Shown here: positions 49,046 to 58,627 of the stretch, piece after piece
Layout of the letters: every line of letters starts with the position of its first letter
Numbering within the stretch: position 1 is the stretch's first letter
Assembly (NCBI GenBank): GCA_016190825.1
Contig: JACPPV010000032.1
Span: 4,364 to 68,363 of the forward strand
Direction: 5' to 3'
DNA: 64,000 nt
Source of the DNA: Chloroflexota bacterium
GTDB lineage: Bacteria > Chloroflexota > Dehalococcoidia > Dehalococcoidales > UBA2162
Translations under genes and position numbers: made by a program
Notes under the pieces: model-generated
Database searches by the model: none
What the model was told of the DNA's origin: nothing
Seen by the model: only the letters and a program-made list of their open reading frames with translations

Positions 49046-50806
49046 GTGGTAATTAAAAAAGGGGGGGAACAAGATATCGAGAAAGTGCGCCATTCGGCGG
49101 CCCATGTAATGGCGGAGGCGGTCCAGTCCCTTTTTCCCGGGACGAAGTTTGGGATCGGTCCGGCCATTGAGGATGGGTTCTACTATGACTTTGAACTGCC
49201 GCGGGCGTTGACGGCGGAGGACCTTCCACTCATTGAAACCCGGATGGCGGAGATAGTGGCTTCGGGAGTCCCCTTTGTCCGGGAAGAGATGAGCCGGGGG
49301 GAGGCGCGTGCGCTATTCGCCGCTCAGCCGTACAAGCTGGAGCTGATTGATGAAATCCCGGAGGACAAGCTCAGTGTATACCGGCAGGGGGCGTTCGTTG
49401 ATTTATGCCGGGGCCCCCATGTGGCGAATACCCGGGATATCAAGGCTTTTAAGCTCATTAATATCGCCGGCGCTTACTGGCGCGGCGACGAGCATCGTCC
49501 CATGCTCCAGAGGATATACGGCGTTGCCTTTCACACTGAGAAAGAAATAGAGGAGCACCTGGCGCGCCTCGAGGAAGCGAAAAGGCGCGACCACCGGAAA
49601 CTGGGCAAAGAGCTGGACATATTCACCTTTGATGATGACGTTGGGCCGGGTCTGCCGCTCTGGCTACCCAATGGTGCGGCAATGATTGAGGAAATCGAGA
49701 AACTGGCCGTGGAGACTGAGTTCAGGCATGGCTATGTGAGGGTCAGGACTCCCCATCTTGCCAAGGAAGACTTGTTCAGGCGGAGCGGGCACCTGCCCTA
49801 CTACGAGGAGAGCATGTATCCGCCGATGGAGCTGGAAGGAGTCCGCTATTACGTTAAGCCGATGAACTGCCCGATGCATCATCGGATATTCGGCAGCAGA
49901 CCGCGCAGCTATCGGGACCTGCCTCTGCGCCTCGCCGAGTACGGAACATGCTACCGCTACGAGAAATCCGGCGAACTGTTCGGGCTGATGCGGGTACGCT
50001 CGATGCAAATGAATGATTCCCATATCTATTGCATGGAGAAGCAGTTTGAAGAGGAGTTTGCCGGGGTTATTTTTCTGTACCTGGAGTACTTCAAGCTGTT
50101 TGATATCAAGGAATTTGCCATGCGCTTGAGCACCCACGCTCCGGGCGGGCTGGGGAAGAAATATGTGAACAATCCGGAGCTATGGCTGAAAACTGAAGAG
50201 ATGGTGCGCAAGGCGCTTGACCACAACCACATCCCGTATTATGAAGTCGCCGATGAAGCGGCGTTTTATGGCCCGAAGATTGATGTGCAGATTAAGAGTG
50301 TTATAGGCAGGGAGTTCACGCTGGCGACAAACCAGGTGGACTTCGCTCAGGCGGAGCGCTGCGGTTTGACCTTTGTGAATGAGGAGGGCAAAGAAGAACG
50401 GCCGTTGATTATTCATCGCGCTCCGCTCGGCACACATGAGCGGCTGATCGGCTTCCTGCTTGAGCACTACGGCGGGGCATTCCCGGTATGGCTGGCGCCT
50501 CTCCAGGTGGCGGTTATCCCGATCGCTGACCGCCATCTTGACTATGCCCGCAGCCTCGCGACGCAATTGAAAAGCGATGGGATCCGGGTAAAGCTTGACG
50601 CGCGTTCGGAAAGTGTAAATTATAAGATACGCCAGGCGCAGTTGGAAAAGGCGCCGTATATGCTGGTGGTCGGCGACAGGGAAGTAGCCGCATCCACCAT
50701 CTCGGTGCGCCTGCGCACCGGTGAGCAGTTGCCTTCTCAGCCATTCGAAAGCTTTCGGGAGATGCTGAGAACGATTATTGCCACAAGGTCCGGGGACTTA
50801 AGATAA
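49046..50806 (+). CDS. thrS: Threonine-tRNA ligase (lacks the N-terminal TGS domain)
   Basis: RHSAAH, DLCRGPH, KPMNCP, AAFYGPKID; start uncertain. Confidence 0.96.
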   Translation: MVIKKGGEQDIEKVRHSAAHVMAEAVQSLFPGTKFGIGPAIEDGFYYDFELPRALTAEDLPLIETRMAEIVASGVPFVREEMSRGEARALFAAQPYKLELIDEIPEDKLSVYRQGAFVDLCRGPHVANTRDIKAFKLINIAGAYWRGDEHRPMLQRIYGVAFHTEKEIEEHLARLEEAKRRDHRKLGKELDIFTFDDDVGPGLPLWLPNGAAMIEEIEKLAVETEFRHGYVRVRTPHLAKEDLFRRSGHLPYYEESMYPPMELEGVRYYVKPMNCPMHHRIFGSRPRSYRDLPLRLAEYGTCYRYEKSGELFGLMRVRSMQMNDSHIYCMEKQFEEEFAGVIFLYLEYFKLFDIKEFAMRLSTHAPGGLGKKYVNNPELWLKTEEMVRKALDHNHIPYYEVADEAAFYGPKIDVQIKSVIGREFTLATNQVDFAQAERCGLTFVNEEGKEERPLIIHRAPLGTHERLIGFLLEHYGGAFPVWLAPLQVAVIPIADRHLDYARSLATQLKSDGIRVKLDARSESVNYKIRQAQLEKAPYMLVVGDREVAASTISVRLRTGEQLPSQPFESFREMLRTIIATRSGDLR

Positions 50807-51014
50807 CTGTGCCCGGCCTGGGCTTGACAAATCTCGCAGAAAAAGGGTAAATGGAGGATAAAGGGGCTGCGTTTGGGGGGGCGCTTTGGAACCGGCCCGG
50901 CGGGACGCAGTGCCGGAGGAAATTTTGATACTATTGGACTTGATGTTTGATTGGATGTGAGACATATGGTATATTCCTTCTTAAATCTTGAAACATTTGG
51001 GGGCGGAGTAACAG

Positions 51015-51572
51015 ATAGTTAGAAAACTGCGTGTTAACGAGGAGATCAGGGCGCGGGAAGTACGGCTGGTGGGGGAGCAGGGGGAGCAACTTGGAGTCAT
51101 GCCCCTCTACCAGGCGCGAGAGGTAGCCAAAGCTCACGGTCTCGATCTTGTTGAGGTGGCGGCGACTTCTGTGCCGCCAGTGTGCCGTCTGCTTGATTAC
51201 GGCCGGTTTAAGTATGAGCAGGCGAAAAAAGAGCGTGAGGCAAAAAAGGGCCAGAAAATTCCCACCGTGAGGGAAATGCGGTTTCGACCGAGCATCAGCG
51301 ATCATGACCTGGCTTCCAAGATCAAGCTGGTGGAAAAGTTCCTTGTCGATCGGGATAAGGTCAGGGTGGTGATCATGTTCCGGGGACGGGAGATTACCCA
51401 TAGTGATCTTGGGTGGAAATTGCTGCAAAAGGTGGCAGAGCTTCTGAAAGATGTGGCGACACTCGAAGGACATCCCGTGATGGAGGGAAGAAGGATGGTT
51501 GCCGTCCTGGCTCCGGGGGCGGCGGTAAAGGCCAGGAAAAATAGAGAAACGGAAGAAGTGAAGGGAAGCTAG
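51015..51572 (+). CDS. infC: Translation initiation factor IF-3 (non-canonical ATA start)
   Basis: Frame extends to ATA 51015 after GGAG, restoring [14 protein letters not shown]. Confidence 0.93.
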   Translation: MVRKLRVNEEIRAREVRLVGEQGEQLGVMPLYQAREVAKAHGLDLVEVAATSVPPVCRLLDYGRFKYEQAKKEREAKKGQKIPTVREMRFRPSISDHDLASKIKLVEKFLVDRDKVRVVIMFRGREITHSDLGWKLLQKVAELLKDVATLEGHPVMEGRRMVAVLAPGAAVKARKNRETEEVKGS

Positions 51573-51574
51573 AA

Positions 51575-51775
51575 ATGCCAAAAATCAAGACTCACAAAGG
51601 GGCGCAGAAGCGGTTTCATATTACCGGCAGCGGCAAGATCATGCGGGTCAAGATTGGTAAGAGTCACCTGCGCATAAACAAACCGAAACGTGTTAAGGCC
51701 CAGTTCAGTGAGAAGCTGTCATTGAGTTCGGTGGATAAGAAAAGGATAAGCAGGCTGCTGCCTTACGGAGTGTAG
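51575..51775 (+). CDS. rpmI: 50S ribosomal protein L35
   Basis: [14 protein letters not shown]. Confidence 0.96.
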   Translation: MPKIKTHKGAQKRFHITGSGKIMRVKIGKSHLRINKPKRVKAQFSEKLSLSSVDKKRISRLLPYGV

Positions 51776-51792
51776 GAAGAGGAGAAGCTACA

Positions 51793-52152
51793 ATGCCAAG
51801 AGCGAAAACTAATGTCCCTGCCCACCACCGGCACAAGAAAGTGCTTGAACTGACCAAAGGACACCGGGCAAGCCGCCATAAGCTTTACCGGCGAGCCCAT
51901 GAGTCCATGATGCACGCTTTGAACTATGCCTTTTTTCACCGGCGCGAGCGTAAAGGTGATATGCGGCGTCTCTGGATTATCCGTATCAACGCGCTCAGCC
52001 GCGCCAATGGTCTCAATTATGCCCAGTTAATTGATGGTCTGAACAGGGCAGGGATTGAGGTCAACCGAAAGGTACTGGCTGACATGGCTGTCAGGGACCC
52101 GCAAGCCTTTACCAGCCTGGTGACCATGGCAAAAAGCAAGATTCAGGAGTAG
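51793..52152 (+). CDS. rplT: 50S ribosomal protein L20
   Basis: [20 protein letters not shown]. Confidence 0.96.
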   Translation: MPRAKTNVPAHHRHKKVLELTKGHRASRHKLYRRAHESMMHALNYAFFHRRERKGDMRRLWIIRINALSRANGLNYAQLIDGLNRAGIEVNRKVLADMAVRDPQAFTSLVTMAKSKIQE

Positions 52153-52379
52153 ATTGTAGTCTTCACGTTCTTTGGTTCACCTTTTCCCTAAAGGCGATAT
52201 CGCTTTCGAGGGGACTGTTCCATTCGATCGCTTTGGATCTCAGAGCGGTGGGCGTAATGGGAAAGTGGAATGGAAACTGAATCCAGCGTTTGCTCACGTG
52301 CACTTCCCCGCCAGCGTTGTTTCATCAGGCATGCAGGGCGCTAATCTTGGGTTAGGGGCAAACAGGGAGGACCAGCAAT

Positions 52380-53882
52380 ATGGCTCAGCACCAGCCGCAA
52401 AATGAGCGAAGAATTTTGCTTGTGGAACCGCCGTTTTACAGGCTCTACGATACAAGATTTGGAGTAAACATATTCCCCTTATCTCTCGGCTATTTGTCAG
52501 CAGCAATCATGAGCCGGACGTCCTGGAAAGTCCAGGCTTACAACGCGGAGTTTTCTGGCCAGCAGGTGGGCATTTCAATCGATTTCCTTATGAAGAAGGG
52601 ATATAAAAGCTATCTGAACAGCCTTGAAAATACGTCTGGCGGGATATGGGAAGAGGTAAAAGCAGCCATTGCCGACTTTGCTCCCGACGTTCTGGGGATT
52701 ACGTGTAAATCACAGAATTTTGCTTCAGTCAGGATTGTGGCTAGACTGGCCAAGGAAATCGATAAAGAAATCATTGTGGTGGTCGGAGGTCCACATCCTT
52801 CCATGGATGGGGTTAACGTAATGAAATGTCCGGATATTGACATTTGTGTCAGAGGTGAAGGAGAAGAGACGGCAGTTGAATTGCTCAGCGCAATAGACGA
52901 AGGCAAAGATTGGGGTGATGTCAGCGGAATCATGTTTAGAAAGAATGGTGACGTATGCCAGACTCCTCCAAGGAGCTATATCGGAGATTTAGACTCCCTT
53001 CCCTTTCCGCATGAAGTAGCGCCCGAGGTATTGAAGGATTACAGTAGGTATCCATTAACTGCCTTCCATCGGATCTTTGCCATCAGGGGATGTCCTTTCA
53101 ATTGCTCTTTCTGTGGTTCGAGATATGTATGGAGCAGGAGGGCAAGACATCGTTCCGTTGAGAATGTGGTCAGACAAATCCAGTCACTGCAGAAGATGGG
53201 GCTGACCTTTATTCATTTTGATGATGATACATTCGGAGTAAACAAAGAATATATCAGAGATTTGTGCCACGCCATAAAGTCGAATTGTCCGGGGTTAACC
53301 TGGGGTTCCGAGATTCATGTGAATCTCGTTGATAGAGAAACAATTGGGCTTATGAAATCGGCAGGTTGCGTCTTTCTTCAACTTGGAATCGAATCAGGCA
53401 GTAATCGGATGTTGGAGCTTATTAGAAAAGGGATCACTGTGGAGAAAGCCCTTTCAGTGTGCGAAATGATAAAAGGCGTTGGTGGGATCCATTTGAATAC
53501 CTTTTTTATGGCTGGTTTCCCTCAAGAGACGGAAGAGACTTTGCGAGATACTTGCAATGTCATGGAAGCGGTCAAATGTGATTCAATATCCTTCAGCATT
53601 TTTACTCCTTATCCAGGTACAGAGCTGTTTGAGCTCTGCAAAGAGAGGGGATTAATCGGAAGTGACTTTGACATTTCCCTGTATAACCATCAGAGCCCCA
53701 ATAACTATTTTTGCCCAAATATTCCCCGGCAGAAATTCCGCGAACTTGTTTCGGAAATGGTAAGACTGGTTGATGCGAAGAACCGCCGTGGCACAAGCCT
53801 GTTTCGAAGAGTTCGTGAGTTGGGGTTGAGAGAGAGTTTCAGAAGGTTCAAGCAAAGAATGAAGGTTGGTCGTCCAGCTTGA
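52380..53882 (+). CDS. Cobalamin-binding radical SAM protein (class B methyltransferase-like)
   Basis: PLSLGYL, VVGGPHPS, GEGE, RGCPFNCSFC, GIESGS; more AT-rich than the flanks. Confidence 0.9.
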   Translation: MAQHQPQNERRILLVEPPFYRLYDTRFGVNIFPLSLGYLSAAIMSRTSWKVQAYNAEFSGQQVGISIDFLMKKGYKSYLNSLENTSGGIWEEVKAAIADFAPDVLGITCKSQNFASVRIVARLAKEIDKEIIVVVGGPHPSMDGVNVMKCPDIDICVRGEGEETAVELLSAIDEGKDWGDVSGIMFRKNGDVCQTPPRSYIGDLDSLPFPHEVAPEVLKDYSRYPLTAFHRIFAIRGCPFNCSFCGSRYVWSRRARHRSVENVVRQIQSLQKMGLTFIHFDDDTFGVNKEYIRDLCHAIKSNCPGLTWGSEIHVNLVDRETIGLMKSAGCVFLQLGIESGSNRMLELIRKGITVEKALSVCEMIKGVGGIHLNTFFMAGFPQETEETLRDTCNVMEAVKCDSISFSIFTPYPGTELFELCKERGLIGSDFDISLYNHQSPNNYFCPNIPRQKFRELVSEMVRLVDAKNRRGTSLFRRVRELGLRESFRRFKQRMKVGRPA

Positions 53883-54101
53883 GAGGCTTTGTCAAGGGCA
53901 CGTAAGCCCAAGTGGCGTCCAGTTGTCTGGGCTATCGTCAAAGTAGTGCCAAGATGGAAACTCAACTTCTGAAACAAGATTGGCGCGTTTCTCGAACGGT
54001 TCAGCGGGGCAATCAACGCCAGAGCTTTTGCCGGCAAATGGTTGCTTTACCCCACAATCTGCGCACCGGACAGTTCTCCCCTATTATGGACAGGCGCTGC
54101 G

Positions 54102-54287
54102 TCAATCCCTGATCAGCACCATCACAAGCGCGAATAGCAGGAAACCGGCTCCCATCCCGATGAACAGGCCCGGCACAAGTTCGCCAGTTGCGAAGCCGAT
54201 ACCCATGCCGACAAATAGACCTGCCGGTATGAACAACGCGCTGGCTCCTTTTCTGCTCTTCTTCTTCGGTTCTGCTTCCTGAGACAT
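54102..54287 (-). CDS. Small Gly-rich 2-TM membrane protein
   Basis: AAGGAGG SD; GLFVGMGIG/GLFIGMGAG repeat. Confidence 0.75.
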   Translation of the reverse strand: MSQEAEPKKKSRKGASALFIPAGLFVGMGIGFATGELVPGLFIGMGAGFLLFALVMVLIRD

Positions 54288-54548
54288 AGCACGCCTCCTT
54301 CGGTTGCGGTGATTAATTCTAGTAGGTGGGCATACCGGCGTCAATCGGGAGAGCGTCTCGCCAAGACTGTCAGCCTCAGGAAGTCTCGATATGTCGGGAT
54401 TGCATAAAGTGGATTTTTCCCTGAGTCAACCCGCGCGGCGATACGGGGGATGACGATAATGACGCTGAAATTGGATACAAAGCGCATCTAACGGAAAGCC
54501 CCTGTTGGTTGCATCTTGACAAGTTGCGTACGGCATGGAATAATAATA

Positions 54549-54812
54549 ATGAAGCTACCTGATACCACTCGAGATAGCTGAGGAGGTGTCCAATGAAGCT
54601 TCAGGCAGTTCTTGGAGTCTGGCAGGTTGACAGTTAAGACCCTGCCGCAAGGCAGGGTAGTTGGAACACTTAGACCGGACTCTGTGACCCAACCTGGACT
54701 GGTTCTGGTTAAGAACAAAACAGTAGTCACTACGGTGTAACATCGTGACGAGTCAGGTTTGAGTAAAGGGGAAACCAGATAGAGGACGCTGAAAAGCGTC
54801 CTCTATTGTTTT
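54549..54812 (+). ncRNA. Candidate stand-alone structured RNA carrying a sORF (54593-54637)
   Basis: TTGACA 54516, AGGAGG-ATG MKLQAVLGVWQVDS*, GCAA-capped hairpin, multibranch stem, terminator. Confidence 0.5.
54779..54812 (+). terminator. Intrinsic terminator
   Basis: ATAGAGGACGCT-gaaa-AGCGTCCTCTAT-TGTTTT. Confidence 0.85.
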
Positions 54813-54942
54813 ATCCAGTCTTAGGCGACCCGGCCATGAGACGCTCCCCCAAAATCCGGATACATTCCTGGCAGCACCCGGCCAAACGTGCTATCATTTT
54901 CACCAGACAACTCTTATAATCTGTCTAATCAAGGTATAGCCA

Positions 54943-55452
54943 ATGAGACATGACAATACGGGGCATCTATACAGCCAACTCACCAATACTGCAAGGGAAT
55001 TCAGGAGTTCGTGGAAGAACTATTTCTATCAAAGTTTCCTGGCCACTTTAGTAACGCTGGTAGTTGTCTGGCTTCTTTCAGCGGAACATGCAGTCATAAT
55101 CGCATCCATAGGCTCGACGGCTTTCATAGTCTTCACAATGCCTACATCTTTTGCAGCCAAATCCAGGAAAATCATAGGTGGCCATACTGTGGGGTTTCTT
55201 TGTGGCACCATCGGCGCCCTTGCCATCCAGCAGTTGACCATCCCTTCCATTGTTACATATTCGTTGACCGTTGGACTATCCATATTCTTAATGGTGGCTT
55301 TGGACTTCGAGCATCCACCTGCCAGCGGGACCGCCCTGGGAGTAGCCATCAGTGGTTTCTCATTTAAGGTCATGGTTGCAATCTTGACCAGTGCCATAAT
55401 ATTATCTTTGGCCCATCACTACACGAAAAAGCATCTGAGAGATTTGGCGTAA
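54943..55452 (+). CDS. HPP family membrane protein
   Basis: ASIGSTAF, IIGGH, EHPPASG. Confidence 0.88.
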   Translation: MRHDNTGHLYSQLTNTAREFRSSWKNYFYQSFLATLVTLVVVWLLSAEHAVIIASIGSTAFIVFTMPTSFAAKSRKIIGGHTVGFLCGTIGALAIQQLTIPSIVTYSLTVGLSIFLMVALDFEHPPASGTALGVAISGFSFKVMVAILTSAIILSLAHHYTKKHLRDLA

Positions 55453-55470
55453 AGAACATCCATTCGGTGA

Positions 55471-56829
55471 CTACTCCGTGCCTTCTTTTTGCGGGCTATC
55501 GTCTTTATATCTCAGCGGCCACCAGCTTTTAAGCCGCTCAAGTACCTGCTTCTCGAAACCCTGGTCGCTCGGCGTGTAGAAACGCTTGCCCTGGAGAGAT
55601 TCCGGCAGATTCTGCTGCTCGACGAAATGGCCCGGGAAATTGTGGGCATATTTGTAGTCCTTGCCGTAGCCGATCCCTTTCATCAGCCCCGTAATCGGAT
55701 TACGCAGATGGAGCGGCACAACATCGCTGGCACCTTTTCTTATCTCCTCTTGCACCTTCGAGTAGGCCGCGTAGAGGGAGTTACTCTTCGGGGCTTGAGC
55801 CAGGTAGACCACTGCCTGAGCCAAAGCAAGGCTGCCCTCCGGCATGCCGATGAAGTGGACTGCCTGCTGGGCTGCCATCGCCACCACCAGCGCCTGCGGG
55901 TCCGCCATACCGACGTCCTCCGAGGCAAAGCGCACCAGCCTGCGGGCGATATACAGTGGGTCCTCGCCCGCCTCAATCATCACCGCCAACCAGTATAGAC
56001 CGGCATCCGGATCTGAGCCTCGCAGGGACTTGTGCAAAGCAGAGATCACATCGTAGTGGCGGTCGGCGGCGCGGTCGTAGCGCAAAGCCCGTCGCTGGAT
56101 GGCATCCTCGATTGTCTCCAGGGCAATGCGGCGCGCGCCTTCAGCGTCAGGGGCGGTGTTCATCGCGGCCAGCTCCAACGCGGTAAGGGCGATGCGCGCA
56201 TCATGGTCGGCCATGGTGACCAGGTGGTTCGTGGCGGCTTCTTCCAGCACCACATTCATTTCGCCCAGGCCATATTCTTTATCATGCAAAGCCCTCGCAA
56301 TTATGCGGCGCATATCGCCATCGGAAAGGGCATTGAGGACAAACACCCGGCAACGGGACAACAGTGGTGAATTGACCTCAAAAGATGGATTTTCAGTGGT
56401 GGCGCCGATAAAGGTGACGGTGCCGTCCTCGACAAAGGGCAGCACGGCGTCCTGCTGCGACTTATTGAAACGGTGGATTTCATCAATGAAGAGGATGGTC
56501 TTGTGCCCGTAGAGCTTGCGGCGCTCCTTGGCGTCCTGGATAACCCGGCGCAGGTCGGCCACGCCGGCGGTGACGGCGCTGAGGGCATCGAAGTGGGACT
56601 TGGTCATCCGGGCGATGATGTAGGCGAGGGTGGTCTTGCCGCTGCCCGGCGGCCCCCAGAGAATCATGGAGGGAAGCTGGCCGGTCTCGATCGCCTTTCT
56701 CAGCACCCGCCCTGGTCCGATGATATGTTCCTGGCCCACGAAGTCTTCAAGCGTAGCCGGCCGCATCCGCGCCGCCAGCGGCTCGTCTTTTTTCTTCTCC
56801 TGTTCGAAATGGTGCTCAAAAAGGTCCAT
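55471..56829 (-). CDS. rarA: Replication-associated recombination protein RarA/MgsA
   Basis: PLAARMRP, WGPPGSGKTT, DEIHRFNKSQQD, ATTENP, SALHKSLRGSD. Confidence 0.96.
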   Translation of the reverse strand: MDLFEHHFEQEKKKDEPLAARMRPATLEDFVGQEHIIGPGRVLRKAIETGQLPSMILWGPPGSGKTTLAYIIARMTKSHFDALSAVTAGVADLRRVIQDAKERRKLYGHKTILFIDEIHRFNKSQQDAVLPFVEDGTVTFIGATTENPSFEVNSPLLSRCRVFVLNALSDGDMRRIIARALHDKEYGLGEMNVVLEEAATNHLVTMADHDARIALTALELAAMNTAPDAEGARRIALETIEDAIQRRALRYDRAADRHYDVISALHKSLRGSDPDAGLYWLAVMIEAGEDPLYIARRLVRFASEDVGMADPQALVVAMAAQQAVHFIGMPEGSLALAQAVVYLAQAPKSNSLYAAYSKVQEEIRKGASDVVPLHLRNPITGLMKGIGYGKDYKYAHNFPGHFVEQQNLPESLQGKRFYTPSDQGFEKQVLERLKSWWPLRYKDDSPQKEGTE

Positions 56830-56832
56830 AAC

Positions 56833-57102
56833 TTAGAACAAGTCCTTCAGCCGGTCGTAGGTGTCTTCGGAACGACGTGCGATTTTCACTACGGCTATGC
56901 GCCGCTCTCTGTCAAGGATTGCATAAATGACTCGCCATTCGCCTACTCTAATACGATGTATCACGCCGCTTAATTTCTTGACTCCTATTGGCCGCGGGTT
57001 ATTCTCAAGTTCACCGATGACGGCATCCAGACGCTTCTGGTCATTTGCAGCTAGTTTTTCGAACTCACGTCGGGCGCGCGGAGTGAACCCGACCTCATAC
57101 AT
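56833..57102 (-). CDS. RelE/ParE family toxin
   Basis: NPRPIGVKKL..HRIRVGEWRVIY. Confidence 0.9.
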   Translation of the reverse strand: MYEVGFTPRARREFEKLAANDQKRLDAVIGELENNPRPIGVKKLSGVIHRIRVGEWRVIYAILDRERRIAVVKIARRSEDTYDRLKDLF

Positions 57103-57328
57103 TCACTTTTTTCCGCCGGCGCACTTCGGCTAAACTGACTGCCGAAGCTGGATTGGCCAAATACTTTTTCAGTTCTTCCTCGCCATCACGGATATCCTCG
57201 ATATCTTCCCCATAGACCGCTTCCACCGCACGCCTGACTAATTCAGCGATTGAAGTATTGGCTTCAAAAGCCAGCTTTCTAAGCCCCTCGTGTGCTTCCT
57301 CCGATAGGTAAATCATCGTTCTTTTCAT
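57095..57328 (-). CDS. RHH/CopG-type antitoxin
   Basis: MKRTMIYL..SIAELVRRAV; upstream palindrome ACATATATATGT (57361-57372). Confidence 0.85.
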   Translation of the reverse strand: MKRTMIYLSEEAHEGLRKLAFEANTSIAELVRRAVEAVYGEDIEDIRDGEEELKKYLANPASAVSLAEVRRRKKVNV

Positions 57329-57380
57329 TGGTTTCTCCACATCATTTTTTAGATATTGTAACATATATATGTCATAATAT

Positions 57381-57436
57381 CTATATGCCACTTGCTGTCT
57401 TCTTCTCCCCAAACTCGTGCTCAAAAAGGTCCATAA
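57381..57436 (-). repeat. Duplicate of the rarA 5' end
   Basis: 20 nt (57417-57436) identical to 56812-56831; reads MDLFEHEFGEKKTASGI*; RarA starts MDLFEHHFEQEKK. Confidence 0.88.
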
Positions 57437-57445
57437 GATGCCTTC

Positions 57446-58624
57446 CTATTTGGGCGGAGCCCAATGCCCAGCCTCATCATAGTATGGGTCTTTCGGGAAG
57501 CCACAGGCGTTCCAAATCGAATCAAAGCATAGTTTGAGAACGGATTCTGCTTTAGCGTCAAAAGTTTCGATGGTCGCTTCAGGTAACTGTAAGACATCTC
57601 TGTCAATGGCATAATCATCATCGACGAAGCGATGCCGCACACCCATTTTGTAGCCCTTTACTCCCACCAAAGTCAAGAACACCCAGATATATGGCTCAAT
57701 ACCCAATTTGTTTAACACAGAGCAATATCTCGTAAGTGCCTTGATGAGTTCCTCTTCGTAAGCGACGCTGGGTATTATTAGTGACTCACCAGCACCCGAA
57801 TAAGGCCTCAAAAGCCTAGTATCCACGGCCTCAATAATTCCATTTCTGAAAAGCTGGACATACGAGGATGATATTCCTTCCTGCACTCTGAAGTTGGTCA
57901 AAAAGCCATCCAGGTTATATCTGTTGTCCCATCCAAGCGCATATATCGGTGGCATTGTATCGGGATGAGAGGATATTATGGTTAGATCGTAGCTCTGACC
58001 GGGATTGAACGAAACTAACGGAATCAGATGCAGGATTATCTTCGCGCTGCCACTCAGGGGCACCTGTATTTCGTCTGCGAGTATCTTTGATATTCTATCT
58101 ATCCTGAAGTTTCTGATTCTATCTGTTATGGTTTCTGACAGATTGAAAGCTACGCGTAGCTCTCCAACGTCAAGAGCATATTTGCCGTTTGAACCTCTGG
58201 AATAAAACTTATCATGGCTTCCGTAAGTGACTCTATGTGGACTATTCCAACTTTTCGCAACCCTGACTAGCACAATGATTTTTGAGTTTGTTAGGGGGAC
58301 GGACTTTAGACTTACACCTGAGATTCTCGGTTCTATCCCGCTCCGAATCATGCTTTCAAGTCTGAGAATTTCGCCGTCGGCATCGGCACCGCTTAAACCT
58401 TCCAATAATTTTGGGGTTCCATTTTCCGCATTCATGCCATATATTAGGTACCCGCCGCTTGCATTAGCAAACGAAGAAACATCGGCAAGAAATTCTTTCT
58501 TATCAGCATCCGAATTATTCGGGAGGGATCGTTTATACTCTACAGTTTTCCCTTCCGGCACCGAATTATCTATCAAAGCCTGCAAATCCTGCTCTGCAAT
58601 TTTGTCAATATCTTGTTGAATCAT
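57446..58624 (-). CDS. Schlafen/AlbA_2 domain protein
   Basis: EGKTVEYK..DVSSFANASGGYLIYG; AT-rich. Confidence 0.85.
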   Translation of the reverse strand: MIQQDIDKIAEQDLQALIDNSVPEGKTVEYKRSLPNNSDADKKEFLADVSSFANASGGYLIYGMNAENGTPKLLEGLSGADADGEILRLESMIRSGIEPRISGVSLKSVPLTNSKIIVLVRVAKSWNSPHRVTYGSHDKFYSRGSNGKYALDVGELRVAFNLSETITDRIRNFRIDRISKILADEIQVPLSGSAKIILHLIPLVSFNPGQSYDLTIISSHPDTMPPIYALGWDNRYNLDGFLTNFRVQEGISSSYVQLFRNGIIEAVDTRLLRPYSGAGESLIIPSVAYEEELIKALTRYCSVLNKLGIEPYIWVFLTLVGVKGYKMGVRHRFVDDDYAIDRDVLQLPEATIETFDAKAESVLKLCFDSIWNACGFPKDPYYDEAGHWAPPK

Positions 58625-58627
58625 ACC

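Noticed and set aside
49052-49067. Programmed frameshift at AAAAAAGGGGGGG in thrS
   Set aside because: The upstream ATG frame stops (TAA) at the start of the run, and an in-frame GTG exists at 49046.
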